From NCBI GenBank assembly GCA_965153285.1, contig OZ229117.1: a DNA stretch of 64,000 bases; one strand, given 5' to 3'. Source of the stretch: Podarcis tiliguerta (taxonomy: Eukaryota). Shown here in pieces: positions 1 through 9,480 of this stretch (its first letter is position 1; each line of letters starts with the position of its first letter). Both the position numbers and the translations under genes were made by a program. The notes beneath the pieces were generated by a model. It saw nothing but the letters and a program-made list of their open reading frames with translations, searched no databases and was not told the DNA's origin.

Positions 1-36
1 CCATATGCTATTGTTTGACTTCAGCTTCTATCATCT

Positions 37-358
37 CAGACCCTCCAAGTGTCCCTATTTTCCAGGAAGGTAAGCCAACCCGGTTTCTGATTTGATCCTG
101 GAATGTCCCACTTTTCCTTAGGATGTCTCTATTTTCATTGGAGAAATGTTGGAGGGTATGGAGTTATCAAACTCCAAGCCTTTTGAAGGCAATCCTGTAT
201 AGGGTAGTTTTTTTTTAATGTTGAATGCTTTGTTATATTTTTATATGTGTTGGAAGCTGCCCAGAGTGGCTGGGGCAACTCAGTAAGATGTGTGGGGTAT
301 AAATAGTAAAATTATCAATATGGAATGGGATGTCCCTATTTTCATGTTGGAGGGTATG
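37..358. mobile_element. Non-autonomous DNA transposon with duplicated right end and an internal L2 3' tail
   Basis: TIRs cagaccctccaa / ttggagggtatg; flanking TCATCT duplication at 31-36 and 359-364; a second right end ending at 160. Confidence 0.65.
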
Positions 359-464
359 TCATCTCCATAGCCAGCATGGCCAATGGACACAGATAAGGCA
401 GTTGTGGCCTTCCAGACGTTGTTGGACTACAACTTTCCTAATCCATGAGGAACGGATATCAGCA

Positions 465-657
465 TAAACACAGGGAGCTACCTTATACTGACTCAGGACA
501 TTGGTCCAGCTAGCTCAGCACTTTCCTACTGGCAGGGCCTCTCCAGGATTTCAGACAGGCTTCTCTCCCAGCTGAACCTGGAGATGCTCCCGGGATCGAG
601 CCAGGGACCTTCTGCATGTAAAGAAGATGCTCTACCACTGAGCTACACACCTTCCTC
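465..657 (-). mobile_element. tRNA-derived squamate SINE
   Basis: Minus-strand head GTAGCTCAGTGGTAGAGCA...GGCTCGATCCC; the body matches copies at 9287, 23601 and 60750. Confidence 0.75.
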
Positions 658-1459
658 CTCAATGAATGAGAATGAGAGATTCCTTATAGCATGTATCCCA
701 GGGCAACTTGCCCAGTTGCTATGAACTTCCTCCAGGTGCCCACGGTATCTGAGGTGGCAACCAGAAATGGGATGTTCTCAGCTATGATTTCATGTCAAGG
801 GAATTCTTTCCCAGTGAAATTTATATGGTCCCAAGTTTGTCATCATTGAGGAACCAGGTAGCAAGGTTTTTGTTCTTTTAGTCTTTGCCAACATGATGCC
901 CTCCAGATGTTCTGGACTCCAACTCCCATCAGTCTCAACCAGCACAGCTGTATGATGCTGGGATCCCAGCTGTTCTTATGGGAGTTATAGTCTGAAGCAC
1001 ACAGAGGGCACCAGATCGCCAAAGGCCTTTTAGGATGTGGGTTTTAATATTTGCAGTGTTCTAAAACTTGCTCTTGTTGGCCACTCTCTAGTTTGCTGCC
1101 TTTAGTGTCGTTAACGTTTATGTGTTATAAGAGTTTGATTTATTTTGCTGTCCAATTACTGTAAAACGCCTCCTTTGAATCCTGCTGACGTGAGAGCTCA
1201 GGCATCTGCTAGGGCAGGGTCTCAAAGGTTTTTGCAGCATCAGGAAGTGGGATTCTGACGTCAGATCTCCCTTTCTGACACCAGAGCTGTCTCCAATAAC
1301 TGGGGACCATATATTTCTTATGGGTTGCCCACCATGGGGATGTGGAACTGCACCCTAAATGAACAAATATGTGTGGTTATCATTGTCTGAAACAGAGTTC
1401 TGTATAATTCAGAAGTTAGTGTCTCTTTTTCTCAAAACATTGATGTGTGGATGAACCTC

Positions 1460-1785
1460 TGGGGAACCACAGAACTCAGGTCCAAATGTGGCCCTCCAGA
1501 CCTCTCGGTCTGGCTTTCAAGGTTCTCCTCCAGTCACATGCCTCTTTCACAAACCTTGAGTGCTTCTGCTTGGCTGGATTGTGTACCTGAACTCCAATAA
1601 TGCCTCTTGCCTTCTTAGATGGATGACAGAGAGGGATGCATGGGGGTGTGTAGAAACAAGCCGACTGCACAAAGGTAAAATTCACATTTGATGCCCTGCC
1701 TTCTTTTTACAATGGCCCTGCCCACCACTGGCATGTGGCCCCCAGAAGGTTGCCCAGAAGGGAATGCTCCCCCACCTACTCTACA
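1460..1785. mobile_element. Degenerate hAT-like non-autonomous element
   Basis: Shares cccaccactggcatgtggcccc...cagaaggttg motifs with 53190-53285. Confidence 0.45.
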
Positions 1786-3158
1786 TGGGCAGGACAACCA
1801 GCTGGACATGCCATCCACACCTTGACGAGCTGGGCAGGAAAGTGGCAACATGTCACACAGGAGCCAGGGAAGGGACTCCATCGTTCATCCCACCAACCCT
1901 CATCATCATCACTCATAGCCTTCCCCTTCCTCCAAAAAAGTTGTGTGCCCATGTCTCTTCCTGCCTTTCAACCCAACAACAGCCCTGTCACATGTGGGTG
2001 CTTCCAGAAGATGTGGGCTCTGGTTGCATCAGAGAAAATAACTCACCAATGATGCAATTCTAAGGGTTATGAAGACCCAGCACATTTCTACTCCATTGGG
2101 TGGGATTTCATTTCTTATGCGTCAAGATTAGATATAAAAAACTCTCTTCCCTCAGAAAATCATAAAATTTGGCTTTCATAATGTGTTTTGCTGCTTTTAT
2201 TTTTCTATATTTTTACCTCTTTATTTACTCGACAAAATACAACTCCTGCAATGCTCCTGTTTTGTAACTTTGATTGTGCTCCTTTGTTTCGTTTCTAATT
2301 TTGATTTTCCATTAATTATTTTTTAAAAACAACAACAACAACACATGGGTGCTTCTTGCAGGCTGTTGCTATTTTCAGGACAGATTCAGTCACATGCAGG
2401 TAAATTCAGATCGCTCAAGTAAAGCTGCTCTGGAATTCCTGGCTGTGGGTGTCCCAAAGGCATCTAGCTGGCCACTGGTTGTAGGACTAGATGAGCACTG
2501 GCCTGATCCAACTGCAGGTCTCTTTTTATGTTGTGTTCTGAAAATGCCTGAGGTTAGGCTGCAGGAAAGTGATTGTCCTCCTAGCTTTTGTGCCTCAGCT
2601 GGGTTTGGAGCTGAATCTTCCTCACATAGGACACCCTGTTTCTTAAACAGTCAGGCTGGTTGGTCTGCACAATGTGTGTGATGTGGTTCTACAGCATCTG
2701 TGGTTCATTGGGCATTTGTTCTGATGTGTTTTTGAGGAGGTGAGATGACATCACATCAAGCTATTGGGATCCCACACGTTATAGTGCATTTCCCCTACAT
2801 TTTCCTCAGCACAAAGTCAATGTTCAATTAATTTTCTTAAAAGTGAGCCCCCCTCCCCAGCGTCTGATGCATTTTGCTTTTTTATAAATTGTTTATTGAG
2901 GTTTTCAATTAAGTACTGACAAAAGAGATAGTGGAAGGAAAAACATCACTTAAACTGCAACATAATTTAACATAAACATTTCTTTTGTGGGTGGCAACAT
3001 GGATGAAAGCAGAAGTGGATATCACTGGAAAGGAGTCAGTTCACATGAAAATAAGCTCAGGTATGTGTATTTTCTTTTTTAAAAATGTAGATACTGTGTC
3101 TTCTTGATTTTTGAAGGTTATAAAGTGCCACTACTCTGCAGTGAAAGAGTCTTTTTAA

Positions 3159-3665
3159 TAGAATTGTAGAGCTGGAAGGGATCTCGAGGGCCATCTAGAC
3201 CAGGCATAGGCAACCTTCGGCCCTCCTGATGTTTTGGACTACAATTCCCATCATCCCTGACCACTGGTCCTGTTAGCTAGGGATCATGGGAGTTGTAGGC
3301 CAAAACATCTGGAGGGCGGAAGGTTGCCTATGCCTGATCTAGACTAATCCACTGCAATACAGGAATCACAGATAAATAATCCCTGACATGTGGCCATCCA
3401 ACCTCTATTAAAAAACCTCCAATGAAGGAGTCCACCACCTTCTAAGGTAGCTCAATCCACTATCAAACAGCTCTTCCTATCAGAAAGTTTTTCCTAATGT
3501 TTAATCAGAAACTCCTTTACGGCAATTTGAATCCATTAATTTGAGTCCTACCTTGTGCCGCAGCAAAAAACCAAGCTTGCTCCATCTTCCATGTGAAAGC
3601 CCTTGAGATAGTTGAAGGTGGCTATCACATCACCTATTCTCTTCTCCAAGCTAGGCATACCCAAC
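3159..3665 (-). mobile_element. CR1 LINE 3' fragment interrupted by the hAT MITE
   Basis: Tail atagaattgtagagctggaaggg; reverse-complement similarity to the CR1 at 4686-5345. Confidence 0.8.
3201..3336. mobile_element. hAT (Charlie-like) MITE, 136 bp, young
   Basis: Palindromic, with TIR CAGGCATAGGCAACCTTC and a perfect 8-bp TSD ATCTAGAC (3193-3200, 3337-3344) matching the NTCTAGAN target preference. Confidence 0.9.
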
Positions 3666-4524
3666 TCACCATGGCAAAATAGCACCTGTTTCCCTTCAGC
3701 CCTGGCTTGGATCATGCCCTGGGGCCCTTTACCAGCAATAGCATTATATCTCTTACCGTAATACCTGAATAAATATCTCTACTGTGCTGGCGGCCAGTGA
3801 GCTACGGGGTCCAATTCAAGGTGTTGGGGATAGCTTACAAAGCCCGACATGGACTGGGACCTGAATAGTCCAATATCAATTGGCTTGGGCCCTGCAGTCA
3901 ACAGGAGAGGCCATGTTGGTGCTGCTGCTAGATGCTGCCTGCTTGGCTGTGCCCCACCACAATGGGGACTGCTTGGTGGTGGCTCCTCCTTTGTGGAATC
4001 CCCTGGAGGGATGACCCTGCCTATTTCCTTATTATTTTATGGTTGAAAGAGGCTGCTTTTGGTAATCTTGGAATAATTAACTCTGGGGGTATCTTACGAT
4101 TTAGAAATGTTTTTAGCTGTTCTGAATTCTTTTTATTTTAATTTATCTCAGGAAGCAGGGGCCTGTCTAGGAACATAAGATCTGCTGGATGGGGCCAAAG
4201 GCTTATCTTGTCCTGCATTTGCTCATCACAGCGGCCAACTAGATGTATGTGGCCAGCTCACAAGCAGGACATGAGGGAGTCCATAAGGCACCCTGACGGT
4301 ATGGCAGAGGACTTGCTTTTCCTCTTGCCTCGCTTTTTAACCCATTGTGTCTTTGTGCACTTCTAAGGTACTCCATATTCTGCATGAATTTTGGAAAAAA
4401 CATTTCCTTACCAATAAATAGAATATTGGGTGTCATTCCAATACTGGGGTATCGATTGGTTTCCACCCTTGTCCTTCTAAACCCCACTCTGCCAACCACT
4501 TTGGGTTTTCTTCAGGGAAAGCAC

Positions 4525-4685
4525 GAGGTTAATGGTTAGAGAGTTGGGCTATGACCTAGGAGACTAGGGTTCAAATCCTCACTCAGTCATTGTCTCTCAA
4601 CCTAACCTGCCATACAGGTTTTCTGTGAAGCTCCTTGGAAGAAAAAGTGGTATATAAATGTAATAAATATAAAGAAATAAATAAA
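4525..4685 (+). mobile_element. tRNA-derived SINE (MIR/Squam-like, AAAT tail)
   Basis: B-box GGTTCAAATCC and body ctcaacctaacctgccatacagg; related copies at 17565, 34725 and 46213. Confidence 0.65.
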
Positions 4686-5345
4686 CCAACAATGAGTCAA
4701 CAGTGTGAAGCAGTGGCAGCAAAAAAAAAAAAAAAAGAAAGAAAGAAAAGAAAAAAGCTAATGGTATTCTAGGCTACATCAACAGAAATTCCTGATCAAG
4801 GGAAGTAATAACACCACTCTATTCTGCCTTGGACAGAACACATCTGGAATGCTGTGTCCAGTTCTGGGCACCACAACTTAAGAAGGATATTGACAGGCTG
4901 GAATGTACGCAGAGGAGGGCGACCAAGATGATCAAGGGTCTAGAAACCAAGCCTTATGAGGAATGGTTGAGGAGATGAGTATGTCTAGCCTGGAAGAGAG
5001 GAGACAAGGAGGAGATATGATAGCCATCTTCAAGTATCTCAAGGACTGTCACCTGGAAGAGGGAACAAGCTTGTTTTCTCCTGCTCTGGAGGGTGGGATC
5101 TAAACCAAGGGCTTCAAGTTACAAGAAAGGAAATTCGGCAAGGAAACCTTTGGAAGAACTTTCTGACAGCAAGGGCCGTTTGACATTGGAATGAACTCCC
5201 TTGCAAGGTGGTGGCCTCTTCCTTGGAGGTTTCTAAGCGGAGGTGCGGTGGGCATCTGTGAGGGATGCTTTAGCTGCGACTCCTGCTTTGCAGAGGGTTG
5301 GACCAGATGATCCTTAGGATCCCTTCCAACTGTACAGTTCGATGA
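4686..5345 (+). mobile_element. CR1 LINE 3' end (degenerate ORF2 C-terminus and 3'UTR)
   Basis: Diagnostic CR1 text (ctaatggtattctaggctacatcaacaga...ccactctattctgccttgg...tgtgtccagttctgggcaccaca...aagaaggatattgaca) and tail gggttggaccagatgatcc...cccttccaact; internal A/AAAG expansion at 4721-4756. Confidence 0.9.
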
Positions 5346-5375
5346 CATATGAGACAACGATCCAGAGCTCTACCT

Positions 5376-7720
5376 CGCGTGTGAGCCGGTCCTTACTCCC
5401 CGGCGAGCCCACATTAGGACTGCAGCTTTACGGGGACTTCTGAACGAGTCACTTCCCCACCCGCACTGTCGGAAAGCGGGTCGCCCGCATTTCCAAGCCT
5501 CGATCTGTCCGGGGCTTCCTTAAAGCCCAGGAAGTCCTTTTCCTCTCTTCTCTCCCTCTCTCCTCTCCTCCTCCTCTTTGGGTTCCCCCCTCCCTTCTTC
5601 CTTTCCGCGCAAACTCTTCGCCATGCCTGCTGCTGCCGCTGCCGCCGCCGCTGCCATTGGTATCACACACACTCCAGCGAGAGCCCTGCAGGAGCCGGAG
5701 CAGCGCGAGCCCAACCCTGCTGCTGCTGCTGTTGCAAGGAGAGGCGAGGCAAGGGGATCAACGGCGGCGGCGCCCGGCAGCCCCGGGCCCAGGCGCGCGT
5801 GCCTGCCCGCCTGCCTGCCCGCCCGCCTGCCAGAGGGAGGAAGGATGCGAGCCGCTGGCTGCGTTTGCTCCGCAAGGGTCCGTCGTCTGCAGCAGCAGCA
5901 GCCCAACCGCTGCCGCCGCCGCCGCCACCAGATCTGGGAAACGCTTGTGCAATAGTTCAAGTGACGCACCGAGGGAGTAGGGAGGGGGGAGATTCCCCCT
6001 CCTCCTCTAATTTTCTTTCTTTCTTTCTTGTTTTTTTGGAAGAAGGTGGAGACTTTTTCATTTTTTGTATCAACTACGGGGTTCATACGCAGTGCAAGTT
6101 AAAAGGAGCCCTTTTAAATGAATCTTCCTTGCATTTGCGCCCCCATCGTTTTCTTTCTTTCTTTCTTTTATTAAAAATAATAATATAAATGAATCACCCC
6201 CAACGCAAGGGATGGCAAACTTCAGCTCTCTGGCTGCTTCATCGTGGAAGATCTTAAAGTCCTGCTGAACAAAGATCAGGTAAGGAGCACAGGGCTTTGT
6301 CCGAGGATGGAAGGAACGGAGAGAGGGGGGCAAAGGCGAGCGCTTGGTCGCCACGCGTTAGCCGCTCGTCGGAATTCCAACAAACGGCGCTCCCCGCCGC
6401 GCCATCGCTGCCACCTGCCTTGCCCATCAAGTGCCCGCGGAGAAGCCGCCGCCGCCGCCGGGCTCCGGAGTAAAGTTGGTTGCGATTGATTGCAGGATGA
6501 GTTCTCTTTTCACCCCGTCTTTCCATCCAGCACCTTCCTGCTCCTCTCTTATCTCCCCCCCCCCCCCCGGATTCCATCCCGATTCCTCCTCCTTTCAAAT
6601 TGATGGCATGGAACGCCAATTAATTGTTAGTATCTTTATTTTACTGTTATTCCTAATTGCCCCGCTTGTGAACGCCGCTCGCAAAATGGCACAACTACTA
6701 ATCGCAACCTGCCCTCCCCCACGCAAAATTTTCTCCCTCCGCCTAAGGTAGCAAGTTTGCTCCTGCTTTTTACAGCTTGCACATTTAAATGAATAAACTA
6801 TAAAAAGGTAGCTTTTCTAATAATGATGATGATGATTGCAAATGAGAACGACCCCCCCCCCCACACGGATGAGTCGGTTTGGAAGTTTTTTAGACTGATA
6901 TTTATAGTGGCAGATTGCGGCGGCGTGAGGGTGGCAGAGGCGAGAGAATAAATATCTTTTTGTATGTGTTTCTCGCTCTCGTCTTTGGCCGGGGAGGCGA
7001 AAGATACAAGTGTCCGGTTCTTCTTCCTCCTTCTGCTGCATTCACGCGAAAGGTTCTCTTCCCTCCCCTCCTCCCCGCCAAATTCAGCTGTCCGCCCCCC
7101 CCCCCGGCTGCTTTTTGCTGTTAGCTTTTAACGCCATGAAAACGAATCAGCGTAAATCGGCTACGTTTAATTCGAGGCTTTTAGGTGGTTTTTTTGTTTG
7201 TTTTTTAATGCGTATGTGGATTTATTGATGCAAAAGAGCCGGGGGGGGGGTAGGAGGGAAGGAGATTTTCCCAGCGGATTCCTTTCTTTCGTGCATGCAA
7301 CTTCCCAACATCGTTTGCATCTGAAATGGGTGCGATCTGAATCATCGCCTGCAAATTTTGGAGAGGTCTCTGTGCATCGGCGGGGGGCGGGGGGAGAGGA
7401 AGAGAAAATCGGTGGTCGTTTGGTGTTGCATTACCTAATGCCAGGAAGAAGAAAGAAGGAGAAAAAATTCTCTTTCTCTCGGCGGAAGGCAACAGAGTGT
7501 CTCGTTAGCTGGCTAAATTGCAATTGGATTCGGCGGCTCCGGCAGTTTAATTGCTTTGGCTTGCAAGCCGCAGTGTTTCTTCTTTGGGGGGTGGCAACAG
7601 GATGCAGGACTCCCCACCCGCCTCCCTTCCCCAAAAGGAACAGATCCAGAATACGGAAAGGCTTCTGCTTTGAAGAGAGAAGGTCGATGACAGAAGGCGA
7701 GGCGAAGAAGGAAACGGGAT
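5376..7720 (+). promoter_or_regulatory. ADGRB2: CpG island / promoter of ADGRB2
   Basis: Abrupt rise in GC and CpG density relative to CpG-depleted flanks, with GCC/CAG tracts, GC boxes and no recognisable TEs. It lies upstream of the ADGRB2 coding exon, with no other gene recognised in between. Confidence 0.85.
5560..6279 (+). other. ADGRB2: Probable non-coding first exon of ADGRB2 (5' end approximate)
   Basis: Lies within the CpG island and ends at a strong donor, CAG|GTAAGG (6279/6280). The TSS cannot be determined from sequence alone. Confidence 0.6.
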
Positions 7721-9044
7721 TCATTAGGGAAGCTTCACTTCCAACTCCCGTTTTTTAAAAAAGTAATACTGCCCTTTTTTTCTTTTTCTTTTACAAGGTG
7801 GGTGATTCTGTTCAGAAGTGTTTTCTGGCGCCCACTGTAGGAGAAGGAAGAAATGACACTCGGTGGCCAGAGTGCCCTTCTGTCTAAAACACACACTCTT
7901 TTTCCTGGTAATGATGATTGGTTCTCACATGTATGTAATCCCTTGCTTTCTCATGACTGACATGTGCATGTGTGAACCAACACCATTAAAAAGGCTTGGG
8001 TACAGGCATATTCTATCAGTGGTGGTGACAGCTGGATAGCTCATGTATACAACCCCATTTCCACTTGATGCCATAGGTGCTGGGTTTTGACTCTTGAGTT
8101 GTATCTTAAAATAAAATTGTGTTATGGGTGCTAGGAGCAGGGTTGAAGTTTATTTCCCGATAGATTCTTGTTTGCTTGTGTTGCATTGAGTTACCACTGA
8201 TTGGAGGTTGGCTTGTAAACATGCCAGCTATCGCTTGGCGTGAAACTCTCAAGAGGTAAAATGCAACATGCCTACATATTTTCTATTCTTACAACCCATG
8301 TCTCACTGACCTCTGCACCTTTGTAAGTTGTGCCATCCATGTTCTCAGGCAGTGTCTTAAGAGTGTGACAGTGAGGCCTTCCAAATAGCTCTGGAGCACA
8401 GAATTTTCCCTGGAGATTCGCCAAAGTCAGAATCTGAGCTTTATTTTATTATCGCTTTGTACCATCTTTCAGCAGCTGTGGTTAGAGAGAGAACACTTAG
8501 GGCATGCTGTTCCGTCTATATTTTAATAAAAAATGTGGGTTACTTGCTCCTAACCCTTCTAGTGTGTGAACTAAATATCTTCATAGATCTAAATCAACTT
8601 TTGCCAGCCTGGTCATTGCTAGATGTTTTGGACTACGATTCTTATCAGCCTTAGCCAAAACATATGGAGGGGAGCACCAGGTTGAAGGCTGGTCTCAATA
8701 TAAAGTATTTTGTGATGGCTGGATTCAAATACCTGCAGCAGCTTTTGCTATAGACGCTGGTCTGACATTATTCTTTTTGGAGCGATGAATAAGAGGATGT
8801 GTGTGCAACATGACAGGGAGTGAAAATGTGCATTTAGATGCTGGTGGGGAGGTGTAGTGAGATGAGTCACTTCTTTGCATCTGCCTTGTTTTTTCCCTTC
8901 CCTTCCCTCATTTGCACCGTTGGTTAACATTCTGCTCCGTTCCTCTATGCACTCGCCTCACTGCATTCAGAGGGACAGATTTCGTTGCAATTTCTGGGAA
9001 CACTTCTGTGACACAAAGGGTGGCTTCAGCTCCCGCGGACCATA

Positions 9045-9182
9045 GAACAGGGGTGTTGAACATGTGGCTGCCCATCAGACGATGTCGGACTCCCAACTTC
9101 CATCAGCCCCGGTGAGCATCTTCAAGGATGTTGGGAGCTGTAGTCCAGCGGCATCTGTAGGGCCACAGGTTCCTCGCCCCGG
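9045..9182. mobile_element. hAT-type MITE (older copy)
   Basis: Imperfect palindrome with ggactcccaacttccatc / gatgttgggagctgtagtcc, similar to 3201-3336. Confidence 0.6.
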
Positions 9183-9286
9183 CTTTAGAGACTAGTGATC
9201 CCTTCGAACCCTATTTATTTAATGGGTGCATATGGAACAGTGGGGCAGTTTTTCTGTTTGGTTGAGAGCGCAAGCCACTACGGGTT

Positions 9287-9480
9287 GGGGAAGGACTGGA
9301 ACTCAGTGGTGGAGCACCTGCTCTGCAGGCAGAAGCTTCCAGGTTCAGTCCCCAATGGCAACTCCAGGCAGGGCTGGGAGAGACTCCTGCCTAAGCCCTG
9401 GTGGGGATCCCCTGCCAGTCAGTGATACTGAGCTAGGTAGACCAATGGTCTGACTCAGTATAAGGCAGCTTCCTGTGTTC
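9287..9480 (+). mobile_element. tRNA-derived squamate SINE
   Basis: aactcagtggtggagcacctgctctgcaggcagaag...ggttcagtcccc...ctcagtataaggcagcttcct; a second partial copy follows at about 9483-9590. Confidence 0.75.

Noticed and set aside
5449-7758. Many overlapping ORFs on both strands in the CpG island
   Set aside because: Stop-poor GC-rich, low-complexity DNA, and many have non-ATG starts. Only the ATG-initiated sense uORFs were kept as hypotheses.
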